Notes under the pieces: model-generated
Told to the model about the DNA's origin: nothing
Seen by the model: the letters and a program-made list of their open reading frames with translations, nothing else
The model's database searches: none
Made by a program: the position numbers and the translations under genes
Shown: positions 41,343 to 56,100 of the stretch, one piece after another
Layout: every line of letters begins with the position of its first letter
How positions within the stretch are numbered: position 1 is the first letter of the stretch
Assembly: GCF_009914755.1 (NCBI RefSeq)
Contig: NC_060936.1
DNA length: 64,000 bases
Reading direction: 5' to 3' (one strand)
Source of the DNA: the human T2T-CHM13v2.0 reference genome, Homo sapiens

Positions 41343-41662
41343 GGCTGTGCATGGTGGCTCATGCCTGTAATCCCAGCAATATGGGAGGCTGAGCTGAGGC
41401 GGGTGGATCACTTGAGTCCAGGAGTTCGAGACCATCCTGGGTAACATAGCAAAACCCTGTTTCTATTAAAAAAAAAAAAAAATTAGCCAGGTGTGATGGT
41501 GTGCATCTATGGTCCCAGCTACTCGGGAGGCTGAGGTGGGAGGATCACCTGAGCCCCAGGAGGTTGAGGCTGCAGTGAGCCAAGCCATGATTGTACCACT
41601 GCCCTCTAGCCTGGGTGACAGAGTGAGACCCTCTCTCAAAAACAAAACAAACAACAACAAAA
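41343..41662 (+). mobile_element. Alu SINE (AluJ)
   Basis: GGAGGATCACCTGAGCCC...GAGGCTGCAGTGAGC AluJ diagnostics; TSD CCAAAGATTTACT. Confidence 0.93.
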
Positions 41663-43877
41663 CCCAAAGATTTACTTTGGGTAAGGACATTTTGTAGAAA
41701 AAGAGAATGGTTAGATATGATTAGATAATCTGTGTTCACTGAATATAATAAATGCTACATCTCTTTCAATACCATCAGGTTCCTGACAAACACGCAGCCG
41801 GAGATATGGGAAGTAAGTTCTCAAAAGGGATCTTAATCTAATTAAAGTTTATCATAAAATTGCTTCAGCATTTCTATTCAGGAATGGTAATTTTTTTTTT
41901 CCCCCAGAAGAAGGTTGTAAAGAACCTTGTAAAGTGATTTTTGTCCCAGACTGTGTTAGGGACATTTTTCTCCATAGATTAATAAAGAAAATATTTTTTC
42001 AGTCATATTAGTATGCATAGATAAACATAGTTTTCCTCTTCAGCAACTGGGATTATCCCAGCAGTAACTTCTGTCTTATTGGCTAGGTCCAACCAGGGTT
42101 TTGTCCAGAGGATGTGCCAGATTATGCTAGGATGTTCTCTGGAGCAGCTAAAAGCACATGTAGTTTGTGGTGAATGCAATTTCAGGGAACCAAGGCTTAA
42201 TCCCAGAGATACAATAATATCAGGCATTGGACAGAGGAGCAAAGTCAGAGACAGCAGCTGAGAAGTTGAGAGCTGGCGTCATTAGAACAGGCTGGGAAAT
42301 ATGAGTGTGAGGCATGTCTCGGCAGGAAGGTCCAGCATTGGCCGGGGAACAAAGCAGACTTCTTGGCATGCCCTCTCGCTGAGGCTATGTGAACTGCTGG
42401 GCAGGCCGGCCTGCTTAAAGGTAAGGGCTTCAAATTGGGACAGATGCTGGGTGTTACACTGGGTGAAACTCACCGTTTGGCTGTTCACTTTATGCATATA
42501 TTTGCAAAATTTCCCACGTCTCTCCTTAATTTATGAACCCATTTTCTATTCTAAACTTCACACAGTCTATCACAACTTCCCTTGGACTTTTCTAGTTTAT
42601 TTTTTCAATGTCTTCACCCTGGCATACTAATCAGTCCTGCTGTGCTCTATGCAATGATCTACAAGTTTTTAGTAGAAAGCCTCAGCAATACTAGTTGGCT
42701 TGATTATTAAATGTGTTCTTCCTTCCAGGAAGTACAGAGGTACAAATAAACAGTGGGTGTACAAATATGAGGGGAGAGAAAATGGGAGCATAAATTGAGA
42801 CCCTTTCCAACAGCATCTCATTGGAGCACTGCAGTGAATTTTAGAGCACATTATTTGAGCGTTAGTGATAAGTGGAATAGGCTTTGGAGGAAAATGATGG
42901 GGAAATTTGAAGAATTGAAAAATTGGGACCTATGTCTATGGGTTAAGAGAATTAGAAATGGTTGACTTAAAAGTAGAAAAGCCTGAGGGATGAGGTCATA
43001 TGAAAGCATAATCTGAGGGAATATGTTGTTGGGGGTGGCCTTTGCGAAAACAAGACACATCTTCCTGGAATATCAATTTATTCAAATATTCCAGAAGAGA
43101 GGGGAGAGGAAGAAATTATTTTAGTGGGAATCAGTTATAGCTATATCATGGAGTAGAGTGTAAAATGCTAAAAAATTGTTAATATAAAATACAAACTTAA
43201 AAAAACTCAAGCTTTTGTCTGAGCTGTTACGGTTTTGGCTCCTGGGTCCTAGATATATAGGTTTAATTTCTTTAGTCGTTAGGAGGCATTTGAGTGTTTA
43301 ATTACAATAGGGAGGATGGTGACCAACTTTCTGTGAGCCTGATAGAACTAAAATTATAGGTTACATAAAGAGTTTTAACTTAAATACAAAGGAGGACTTT
43401 TATTGAGGGTTATTATGATAAATCAGATTAGCAAAATGAGTTTAGGAACATTTAGGAGTGTATTCCTTACCTTGGAGAAAAAAGTAACATGGAGAACAAC
43501 TGCGATGTTATCCTCTAAAGCCTTTGGTGGGCTTCTCTCTCCCGTAGAGTCCTGGCTGGTGCGTGGTTTTTTCCTTCTGGTGGGGCTTCTTTGCTGAAGT
43601 GGAATCGTGGTTAACAGGCCCCTTGCTGAGGGTCCCAGGGGACAGGATTGAGGCAGCTTTTTCCAGAGTGTTTTATATTTAGACTATCTGGAAACAAATT
43701 TTCAAATTACCACGGTAGGAGTCCTGGGTATTTTTATACCAATAAATTCTCTGATTCTAATGACAAGAGAAATACTATGGATTGAAGTGAAAAGTAAATG
43801 TCATGTTCCTTCTCAGTCTTATCTTCCAGAAATAACTACCAATAGTGCTTTCTTACGTATTCTTCTACAGATTTTCT

Positions 43878-44361
<484 letters not shown>

Positions 44362-44797
44362 TCTTCCACAGATTTTCTATGCATGTACTAGGAGATACAC
44401 ACGCACCCATCCACGCGCAAACATATACACACACGTGATCATATTATTTACATTTTTTCAACTTTTTCATTTTTTAAATGAAAATGCTTTTTTCATTTAA
44501 AATGTCTAAAACATTTACCACACAATTTTCCCCTTTATTCTTTCTCTAGCATTAGACATCTGTAGAGAATTCCATCATGTGGTTGTACATTCGTTTCTCA
44601 AACAATCTCATATTGCAGGATATTGAAGTTGCGTGGCAGATGCAGCAAGTTGTCATTTCTACTTCTTTCTGATGAGAACTCTGACTTTGTTCAAGATGGT
44701 AATATTCTCAACTAAACCTATTAGCCTCCCCAGGATCCCATGCAGGTAGGGGTGGCACGTGACACTGTCTGGGCTCAATGGAATTACAGTATTCCAT

Positions 44798-45368
44798 TGT
44801 TACTGGTGGAGGGTGTCCAGGTTCTTGGCATCTTGAACAAAGAATTGGACAAAACACACAAACAAAGCAAGGAAAGAATGAAGCAACAAAAGCAAAGATT
44901 TATTGAAAATGAATGTATACTCCACAGGGTGGGTGCTGGCCGAGCATAGGGGCTCAAAAGCCTGGTTCCAGAATTGTCTGGGGTTTAAATACCCTCTAGA
45001 GGTTTCCCACTGGTTCCTTTGTGTACACCCTAGGTAAATGAAGTGGGTCCCACAATCAGAGGCTGACGTGAAGTTACAAAGGTTACATTCTATGCAAGTG
45101 TCTGAATGGTTGTGGAAAGCAACCCATCAGAGGCTGAAGTAAAGTTACAAAAGTTACACTCCTATGCTTTCTGCAACCAATCAGAGATATGTTCAATTTT
45201 CCATCTGCCAGGCAGAAAAAGTGGGTGGAGGGTTTGCAAAGGAAGTAGGCTTCCACACTTTTGTTTCTTAGTTGTGGAAAGTTGGGGTTTTCCTTTTGAT
45301 TTAGTCCTAAGAAGTCAATGTGAATCGATCTTAGGTTCTCTGCCTCCAGACCCTATTCTCCTGCCTCA
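44798..45368 (-). mobile_element. ERV1 solo LTR (MER51 family)
   Basis: Minus strand starts TGAGGCAGGAGAATAGGGTCTGGAGGCAG; TG...CA termini; TSD CCAT at 44794-44797 and 45369-45372. Confidence 0.88.
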
Positions 45369-47129
45369 CCATTGTATGGGCACATCATAATTTATTTAGC
45401 CAGTCAGGGAAAGCTGACTAAGTTTGGACATAGAGTTTGTTTTTGAATCATTGCTATTACAAAATAAGCTTCAATCATAGTTCATCTGCTTGATTCTTTC
45501 CTTAGATTAAAAAATCAAGTTTGTGTGGTGGTATTTTGAGCAGAGGCTGGTGGGTAGGGAAGGTGTTTTGGGGTGGGGAGCCGCCATCTTTTTAGTCTGT
45601 GTATTCTGCAGGCTTATTCTCCAGGATTTTGTTGGAAATATAGGTTGACTCAGTGGTAACTCATGCATTGCCAACGCAATTTTCACAGTTTATCGTACCT
45701 TCATTTTCTTGATGGCTTCTCCTTGGTCCCTTCCTTGCCTGCCTGCTTCTGGCATCTGTGGCCAGAGGTCAACTTCCGGTCAATGTCTAGGAGAGTCTGG
45801 ATGTTACTGCCATTTTCATTCTGCCTGGCTCTCTCTGATAATTTCAGCATGACTGGGTTAAAAGAGAAGGATGAGTAAAGTCAGTCCCTCTCGTGGGGAG
45901 CAAGTTCATCCAGGCTGCAGACAAATTTATTCTGTTGCATCTTGATATCCAAGGTGAAAGAAATTGAGGTTACACATCATAGGTAGAGAGAAAACAGAAT
46001 TCTAAAATATTCCTAAGCAGCTTCACTTTGTTGAACATATATTGCAGCATAGATATGGACAGCAGTGATAATCAAGATACCTAATAATCAGAAGATGTGG
46101 ATACCACTTATCAGAATGGATGCTGGCATTAAATAACCAGCATGGCTATACCTATGTGAACCAACTGAATATCAGCTGTGGTACAGGAAAATGGGATTTT
46201 CCTTCCTTTTATCCTCAGGAACTAAATTATGAAATTCTTGCCAGCTGGACTTCATCTCAGCAGTTTATTATCTCTCCTAACCAGTTTGTGAAAATGAATC
46301 TTCCTAAATTCCCCCTTAAAATAATCTCTCTTTGATTAAATCATCAATGGATATTTATTTTTTTAAAGGTCCAAAATTAACTTGGATGTATTGGTCAGAA
46401 CTCTTTGGATTGCAAGTGGCAGAGTCCAATTAAGACTATATTAAACACAATGGGAGGTTTTTAGTTTCCGTTACTGGGAAGCGCAGGATGGAAGACTTCA
46501 GGCATATTTGGATTCAAGCTCAAAGGTATAGTTAAGACTCCTTAATAATTATCTTCATCCCTCTTTATATGCTAGCCTCATTCTCTTCATTGGCAGATCG
46601 TGTTCTTCCAATTTGGTGGGTAGAGCCATACTCATGGACAAGCAACTTTTGCACTCACCAAGGTTCTGGCACCGAGAAAGGCCCTGAGTACAGACACTTG
46701 AACAAGCCCAGCTCCTACTCCCTGAGCCAGACTCCAATCAGCAGAACCTTCCAGCTGACTTACAAGCAAAAATCAATCCTTATTGTGTTTGAGATTAATC
46801 CTTATTGTGTATTGTATTGTGGGGACTATTTGTTATATAGTGTTAGTATGGCAATAGCTAATAAATACATGTCACCATGATTAGTCTTCCAATGCCTTGC
46901 CATACTTTTTGAGCTCTATAGAGCATGGAATGTAAAGTGTTTCTCTCCTATTCTCCAATTGCACTTAGTACAATGCCTTGCATTTCATACTTGGCTGATA
47001 AATTTTTTTTTATTAATAGCTACTTCCTTATTACTCTGCTACTTGTCTTGGTGATATGTCTTAAGTTGCTTTTCTGTAGTTAATGACTTCATCCCCATTT
47101 TACTGAACTTGTGATCCCACCTCCATTGA

Positions 47130-48280
47130 GACTGTTCTTGAATTGCCCACCGATGACCTCTAGGCTGCTGATTACAGTCACATCACTTCCTCCCCTTTCC
47201 TGGCATCTCTACAGCATTAGGTGCAGTTGGCTATTCCTTTCTTTACAGAACACTTTGGTCTTCTGGCTTTTGTGGCACTACACTTGCTTGGTTTATTTTC
47301 CACCTCTCAGGCTGCTTTTTTGCAGACTAGTTTGATGGATCCTCTTTCTTCTTATTATTCTGAACAATGGAATATCCCAGGGCTTATGACTTGGGATTTT
47401 TTTCTTCACTTTTCTTTCTGTTCTTCTCTCCCTTGATGACCTCATTTATTCTTATGGCATCAAGTAGCATTTTTATGTTGATAACCCCAAATATTGCTTT
47501 CCAGCACTGACTTGCCCAAGTCTATCTGCCTACCTGATATCTCCACTTGGGTGTCCAAATGGTATCTCAAACCTAACACGATTAAGGACAATCTTTATTC
47601 TTTACCAACCTCCCCATCTGTTTCTATTCAGCAGACTCCATTTCAGTAAGTGGCCTCACACCACCACCCAGTTGCTCAAGCCACAAATCTAGACATTATT
47701 CTCATTCCCTCTATTCCCTTATTCCCACATCCATCTCTCAGCATGTCCTGCCAATTCTATTTCAAAGTCTGCCCCGAATTCTTCCACTTTTCTTCATCTT
47801 TACTACTATCCTAAGGCAAGTACACCACCATCTCTTGCCGAGAGGACTCTAATGGTTTCTGTATTGATTTTCCATTATTATCTCCTAACAATTCATTCTT
47901 CCTAAAGAAGCCAGAACACAATATTAAAAATGTAGGTCAGGTCATGTTTATGTTATTCTCCTGATTTAATGCCCCCCATCATCTGTCTTTTTGTCAAACT
48001 TAGAATAAAATCCAAATGCAGCAAAGTCCTTTCTTGAAAAGCCCTCAGCACATGACCCTCACCTGCCTCTCTGTACATACCTCTTATCATCCTCACATCA
48101 TGCACAGGCTTCAGACACACCAAGCTTCTTTCTGCTCCCTGACATTTGTTCCTACCATAGGTCCTTTGCATGAACATTTTCCCCTCTCTGGAATGTACTC
48201 CTTGTTGATCTCTGCGTGACTGTCTCTCATCGTCCAGATCAACTTTAATTCACCTTCTCAGAGAGGCCTTTCCTAGACCA
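47130..48280 (+). mobile_element. L2 LINE (ORF2 3' region, degraded)
   Basis: ATCTCCACTTGGGTGTCC...CATCTCAAAC-like, CCACCCAGTTGCTCAAGCC and CACCTTCTCAGAGAGGCCTTTCCT motifs. Confidence 0.8.
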
Positions 48281-49179
48281 ACCTAATCATGTTAGGTTTG
48301 AGAATTAAATGAGTCTGTGTGAGTGTGTGCATGTTACTGGAAGAAAGACATACCTTAGTCGTGAAATTTCCTGAAGGACAAATGAATCCCCAATCATCCT
48401 CTATAATTAAATACCTGTTATGGACAGTTGGAGAAACTGGATATGACAAATGGGTCAGTAACATTAACTGCTGGGTTGCCTTCTTGGTGAGCCGCTTGTG
48501 TCAAGTTTGCCAGACGTGGCTGAGGTGGATGTCATCGTTATTTGTTTCTCTGTTACTGCTGGAGTCTTCAGATAGGGTAAGAAAATGTTTGACTCTGGGC
48601 TTGTGTATGTAACCAGTATTTAGAAAAAGCAAGTGTGATTTAATAAAAATATAGCTCAGCATCATAAGACAGGGTGAAAAATAAGTAAATAAAAATAAAA
48701 ATATAGCTTTCCTTTTCCCTTCCTCTGTCCTGTGACTTTTCTACTGATTCTTAGGGAATAAACAGTTCTATCTCTGGTCACTTTAAGTTGGAAATTGTCT
48801 CCATTCAGAAATTAAGAGTGTTCAGTCCAGGATCTCTGAATTGGAGTTAATGTCAAATATTCGCTCCTCTCTTGGCTGTCTTCCCCAGGCTGGAAGCTTG
48901 CTGGGGAGAAAGGGTGCAGGGTTGGTGGCTGCTGCTTCTTTATTTCTCTTTCTCTGGCTTTTCCTCCTGTCTCAAACCAGCTCGCTGGCCAGCTTCTAAT
49001 GTCTCCAGGATAGGTGTGCCAGGGAGGGAAGAGGAATGAGGAATGGGGAAGGCTGTCGTGTGAACATGCTGCAGACCTGGCAGGATGTTGAAGTGAACTT
49101 GACCTTCATGGGCTTTTCCATAGCTGGGCTCTGCTCTGCTCACCTCCTCCTCCTTTGTCTCAAGCTGATGCATCTATAG

Positions 49180-49400
49180 CAGGGTTGATAAAGTATGGCC
49201 TGTAGGCTCCATCCAACCTGCCACCTGTTTTTGTCAATAGTTTTACCTGCACATAGACACATCCATTTGTTTACACATTGCTTATGGCTGCTTTTGTGCA
49301 ATAACCAAACAGTTGAGTAGTTGCTACAAAGGCGGTACAGCCCTCAAAGCCTGAAATATTTACTATCTGACCCTTTCCAGAGAAATATTGCTGACCTCTC
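49180..49400. mobile_element. MER58A-like hAT DNA transposon
   Basis: CAGGGTTGATAAAGTATGGCCTGTAGG...AAAGCCTGAAATATTTACTATCTGACCCTTT. Confidence 0.8.
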
Positions 49401-51048
49401 CTTGAGAATTTGTATGGTCATTTCCAACTCTTTCTGGAATGAGTAGACATCCAATTTTCCCTTCCAGCTTCTTGTTGATAGATTCCTTCTAGCCCTTTGG
49501 GAAGTCCTAGGTTGACCTCCATTGGATTTCTCTCAAGGCCCGCTCTGTCCAAGGGAACCATTCATGTATCCCTTGCCCTCGCTGTAGAAGTACAGATGAC
49601 CTGTCCACAGGCCTGTTAAGCTCAAGGTGGAGCCTTAAGGATAGGGGTGGAAACAGACATTCATAGTATGGCAATAACTCTCTAAAAATTCTTTTAAACC
49701 CTTCACCTTTGTATATCCTTAATCTGGCTGAGCATCTAAACATCATAAGCTAAGTTCGATAATTCTTTGTAAATCTTGTACATATGCAGTATGTTGTATT
49801 CATTTTGACATCCTATATTTGTAAGGGTGGGTACCTCAGTTCAAACTTCAATGTTAACATCCTGCAAAACACAATAATCTACATTGCTGGGCAAGTAGGT
49901 AATCATGAAGTTAGATTAAAACAATTTGATAAAGGTTTCAATGACCCCAAACATTTCCCTATTATGGGTCAGCGACTCTATCATTTCGGAAAGATTTCTT
50001 TGGAATTTTATTTAGGTGTAGCCAGCTTTTAAGTGTGTATATTCCATGTTACATGAATTTACTTGAAGGCTGAATTAGCAAAATGTTTTCAAATTCTAAA
50101 CTCTTTTCAAATCTCCTTAAAAATTAAAAGAAATTATTATTTTGTGTAAATGATAAGAATTTTTTGTAAAAACATTCAGATACTGTATTTTGATGTTAAT
50201 TTTAAATAACTCAATGTTCAACTATATAACAATAGGTTTTATTTTTCTAATTTAGTATGTAATACAAGATATTTAATTTTCTTTAACTTACATAAAAACT
50301 TACAAAAATATAAAGTTATAAGTGACATATTTTGTTTATGGAGCAAACACTATTAGATGGAAATAATTTAAAAGTATGACATAAAAATATACCAAATTTT
50401 TAAAGGCATCTGATGCTCAAATTCTTAAGATTTGGGCTATAAAAATTAACTTGTTAATTTTAAAATGGAGACATGAGATGCTTGCCTCTAAGCATATAAC
50501 ATATGGCATTTTACAAGAGAGATAAACAACCTGGTAGCATTTGGCTGTCAGAATTAACTGCTGGATTCACAAAAATTAAATACATCTTGGTGGTGGGTCA
50601 AGGTTCTAGTGACCTGGGATATGACTCTCAGTGGCGTATGTTTATGTCAGTTAAGCTGTTCAAGCAAAACCATTTTTAGTCCAGCAGTCACTTTCATGTT
50701 GTCCACCTTCAGAGGGAACAGAAGGACAAATGTTAAGTGGAAACTCAGACTCTTCCATCTCACAATCTATTTTCTGCTTCTGTCATTGGATTCTGTACTT
50801 TTCTTGAACCAGAGAAATAAAGAAAAGATCATTCTGGGCTCTGTGTTTGCTATCAAATGTGAGATCAGGACTCTAATTGGATCAGTCCAAGGCATCCCCT
50901 TTAAGAAAGAAATAATGTACTATATCAATACCCCTAAAGCACCAGTGGGACAAAAGAGCCCAGCTAAAATCTGAACAGGTGTGAGATGTGTTTCTTTTCA
51001 ATGAAAGGTGGTGGCGAAGAGGAGTATATAAGTTTTTTTAAAAAGTGA

Positions 51049-51380
<332 letters not shown>

Positions 51381-51524
51381 GAGAATATTTTTATACTTCT
51401 AGATTTTTTTTCCAGATTATGAAAGAATAGACCACAGTAAAGCTATATCTGTGAGCAAGAAAGCTATATCTGTCAGCAAGACCTGTACATATCTCAATTT
51501 AGAAAGCCTGTAAAATAAAGAAAA

Positions 51525-52080
51525 TGTGATATATATAAATAAATATTATTTGACCTTAAAAAAGTGGGAAATCCTGCCATTGAGACAACATGGATGAAGC
51601 TGGAGGACATTAAGCTAAATGAAATAAGCCAGACTCAGAAGAAAAAATACTTGAGATCTCACCTATCTAAAACACTCAAACTTGTAGGATCAGGGAGTGG
51701 AATGGTGGTTGCCAGGGGCTGGGGTGGGGTGGGGTAGAATGGGGAGATTTTGATCAAGGGGTATCAAGTCAGTTATACAAAATATAAGTTCTGAAGATCT
51801 AATATATAGCACTGTAAATTTAGTGAAGAATACTATTGTGCACTTGAAATTTGCTGAGACAGAGGTCTAAAATGTTCTGATCACACAACACACAAAACAT
51901 GGCAACTATGTGAGGTGATAGATACGTTAATTAGCTTGATTGTGGTGATTATTTCACAATGTATATGTATATCAAATCATCAAGTTACACACACCTTAAA
52001 TATATAATTTTTAACTGCCAAAGCACAAAATATTAATTTTATGATTAAATGCCTGCACCTAAAATAAAAAATAAAAAATA
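51525..52080 (+). mobile_element. L1MA 3' end
   Basis: ACAACATGGATGAAGCTGGAGGACATTAAGCTAAATGAAATAAGCCAG...TTAGCTTGATTGTGGTGATTATTTCACAATGTAT. Confidence 0.85.
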
Positions 52081-52333
52081 CATTGTAAAAAACAAACCCA
52101 AACAACAACCAAAGTCTGTAAAGACAAAAAAATTGCTTCTTCATAATGAGGTTCTGCTTACTTGATTATTTCTAGATATTCCTAGATAATTTCTACTTAA
52201 TTTTGAAAAGAAAATGTAAGATTTTTTTTCTGCACATCTTTTTTAGGAATATCTAAAAACATGGTAAAACTAGGGATTAAATTTTAACAGTTTTGACATA
52301 ATTCCTTCTGGAAATAGCACATACTTGCATTAT

Positions 52334-52705
52334 CAGTGGGTCTCAAATTTTAATGTATGTAAGGATGACCTGGAGGCAGTGGTTTATGGATAAATGTCTA
52401 ATAACTAGCTGTCTGGGGGAGAACAGAAAAGCCCTGAATTGTAGCATCTGCCAATTTTCATGGTGTAAATACTTCTACCACAGCAAATTTCAGTCTACCA
52501 ATGTGAAGTCAAATAGCTCACGAAGTTCTAAAATTGCTGGAATTTTAATAACAATCTGTTCTGGAGAGTTGATACCTCCCAGCTCCAGCATACCATTGTC
52601 TGGAAGGCTTGTTAAAGCTAATATTTCTGGACTCCACCTCCCAAGATTCTGATTCAGGAAGTCTGGGGTGGACTGGAGTATTGGCCTTTTGAAAGAACTT
52701 CCTGG
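52334..52705. mobile_element. MER5A-like hAT element, split by a MER63-like element
   Basis: CAGTGGGTCTCAAA start; GCTTGTTAAA...GATTCTGATTCAGGAAGTCTGGGGTGG after the insert. Confidence 0.7.
52377..52598. mobile_element. MER63-like hAT-Blackjack element
   Basis: Imperfect terminal inverted repeats CAGTGGTTTATGG / CCAGCATACCATTG; 8-bp TSD CCTGGAGG / TCTGGAAG (6 of 8 identical). Confidence 0.65.
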
Positions 52706-52814
52706 CCTCTACCAAGTGGAGGATGCTCGTGGGTGCACAGATCCCTCTTACAGCACCATTTTCCAAGTTTGTTCAGTGGAATCCTAGCTTAGTAAGTGTT
52801 AATAAATGTTCCAG

Positions 52815-53134
52815 CAGCCAGAGAGAAATGTCAGGTTACCCACAAAGGGAAGCCCATCAGACTAACAGCGGTTCTCTCAGCAGAAGCCCTACCAGCCAGA
52901 AGAGAGTGGGGGCCAATATTCAACATTCTTAAAGAAAAGAATTTTCAACCCAGAATTTCATATCCAGCCAAACTAAGCTTCATAAGCAAAGGAAAAATAA
53001 AATCCTTTACAGACAAGCAAATGTGGAGAGACTTTGTCACCACCTGCCCTGCCTTACAAGAGCTCCTGGAGGAAGCACTAAATATGGAAATGAACGACCG
53101 GTACCAGCCACTGCAAAAACATGCCAAATTGTAA
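52815..53134 (+). pseudogene. L1 ORF1p C-terminal fragment
   Basis: AAREK...KGKPIRLTA...ARREWGPIFNILKEKNFQPRISYPAKLSF...RYQPLQKHAKL*. Confidence 0.95.
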
Positions 53135-53197
53135 AGACCACCAATGCTATGAAGAAACTGCTTCAAATAACGAGCAAAATAACCAACTAACATCATA

Positions 53198-56100
53198 ATG
53201 TCAGGATTGAATTCACACATAACCATATTAACCTTAAATATAAATGGGCTAAATGCCCCAATTAAAAGACACAGACTGGCAAATTGGATAAAGAGTCAAG
53301 AACCATCAGTTTGCTGTTTTCAGGAGACCCATCTCACATGCAGAGACACACATAGGCTGAAAATAAAGGGATGGAGGAAGATCTACCAAGCAAATGGAAA
53401 GAAAAAAAAAAAAGAAGCAGGGGTTGCAATCCTAGTCTCTGATAAAACAGACTTTAAACCAACAAAGATCAAAAGAGACAATGAAGGTCATTACATAATG
53501 GTAAAGGGGTCAATTCAACAAGAACTAACTATCCTAAATATATATGCACCCAATACAGGAGCACCTAGATTCATAAAGCAAGTCCTTAGAGACCTACAAA
53601 GAGACTTAGACTCCCACAAATAATAATGGGAGACTTTAACACCCAACAGTCAATATTAGATCAATGAGACAGAAGTTTAACAAGGATATCCAGGACTTGA
53701 ACTCAGCTCTGAACCAAGCAGACTTAATAGACATCTACAGATCTCTCCACCCCAAATCAACAGAATATACATTCTTCTCAGCACATTGCACTTATTCTAA
53801 AATTGACCACATAATTGGAAGTAAAGCAGTCCTCGGCAAAGGTAAAAGAACAGAAGTCACAACAAACTGTCTCTCAGACCACAGTGCCATCTCAAACTAG
53901 AACTCAGGATTAAGAAACTAACTCAAAACCACACAACTACATGGAAACTGAACAACCTACTCCTGAATGACTACTGGGTAAATAACGAAATGAAGGCAGA
54001 AATGAAGATATTCTTTGAAACCAATGAGAACAAAGACACAACGTACCAGAATCTCTGGGACACATTTAAAGCAGTGTGTAGAGGGAAATTTATAGCACTA
54101 AATGCCCGCAAGAGAAAGCAGGAAAGATCTAAAATTGACACCCTAATATCACAATTAAAAGAACTAGAGAAGCAAGAGCAAACACATTCAAAAGCTAGCA
54201 GAAGACAAGAAATAACTAAGATCAGAGCAGAACTGAAGGAGATAGAGACACCAAAAAACCTCCAAAAATTCAGTGAATCCAGGAGCTCTTTTTTCTGAAA
54301 GATCAACACAATTGATAGACCACTAGCAAGACTAATAAAGAAGAAAGAGAGAAGAATCAAATAGACTCAATAAAAAATGATAAAGGGGATATCACCACTG
54401 ATCCCACAGAAATACAAACTACCATCAGAGAATACTATAAACACCTCTGTGCAAATAAACCAGAAAATCTAGAAAAAAATGGATAAATTCCTGGATACAT
54501 ACACCCTCCTAAGACTAAACCAGGAAGAAGTTGAATCTCTGAATATACTAATAACAGGTTCTGAAATTGAGGCAATAATTAATATCCTACGAACCAAAAA
54601 AAGTCCAGGACCAGAAGGATTCACAGCCGAATTCTACCTGAGGTACAAACAGGATCTGGTGCCATTCCTTCTGAAACTATTCCAATGAGTAGAAAAAGAG
54701 AGAATCCTCCCTAACTAATTGTATGAGGCCAGCAACATCTTGATACCAAAGCCTGGCAGACACACAACAAAAAAGAGAATTTTAGATCAATATCCCTGAT
54801 GAACATCAATGTGAAAATCCTCAATAGAATACTGGCAAACCAAATCCAGCAGCACATCAAAAAGCTTATCCATCATGATCAAGTGGGCTTCGTCCCTGGG
54901 ATGCAAGGCTGGTTCAACATACACAAATCAATAAATGTAATCCAGCATATAAACAGAACGAAAGACAAAAACCACATGATTATCTCAATAGATGCAGAAA
55001 AGGCCTTTGACAAAATTCAACAGCCCTTCATGCTAAAAACTCTCAATAAACTAGGTATTGATGGAACATATCTCAAAATAATAAGAGCAAGTTATGACAA
55101 ACCCACAGCCAATATCATACTGAATGGGCAAAAACTGGAAGCATTCCCTTTGAAAACCGGCACCAGACAAGAACACCCTCTCTCACCACTCCTATTCAAC
55201 ATAGTGTTGGAAGTTCTGGCCAGGGCAATCAGGCAAGAGAAAGAAATAAAGAGTATTCAATTAGGAAAAGAGGAAGTCAAATTGTCCGTGTTTGCAGATG
55301 ACGTGATTGTATATTTAGAAAACCCCATTGTCTCAGCCCCAAATCTCCTTAACCTGATAAGCAACTTCAGCAAAGTCTCAGGTTACAAAATCAATGTGCA
55401 AAAATCACAAGCATTCCTATACACCAATAACAGACAAACAGAGAGCCAAATCATGAGTGAACTCCCATTCACAATTGCTTCAAAGAGAATAAAATACCTA
55501 GGAATCCCACTTACAAGGGATGTGAAGAACCTCTTCAAGGAGAACTACAAACCACTGCTCAATGAAATAAAAGAGGATGCAAACAAATGGAAGAACATTC
55601 CATGCTCAAGGATAGGAAGAATCAATATCGTGAAAATGGCCATACTGCCCAAGGTAATTTATAGATTCAATGTCATCCCCATCAAGCTACCAATGACTTT
55701 CTCTACAGAATTGGAAAAACTAAAGTTCATATGGAACCAAAAAAGAGCCCGCATTACCAAGACAATCCTAAGCAAAAAGAACAAAGCTGGAGGCATCACG
55801 CTACCTGACTTCAAACTATATTACAAGTCTGCAGTAACCAAGAGAGCATGGCAGTGGTACCAAAACAGATATATAGACCAATGGAACAGAACAGAGGCCT
55901 CAGAAATAACGCCACACAACTACAACCATCTGATCTTTGACAAACCTGACAAAAACAAGAAATGGGGAAAGGATTCCCTATTTAATAAATGGTGCTGGGA
56001 AAACTGGCTAGTCATAAGTAGAAAGCTGAAACTGGATCCCTTCCTTACATCTTATACAAAAATTAATTCAAGATGGATTAAAGACTTAAATGTTAAACCT

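Noticed and set aside
51440-51481. 21-bp tandem duplication AAGCTATATCTGT(G/C)AGCAAGA x2
   Set aside because: Ordinary local slippage duplication with no further structure.
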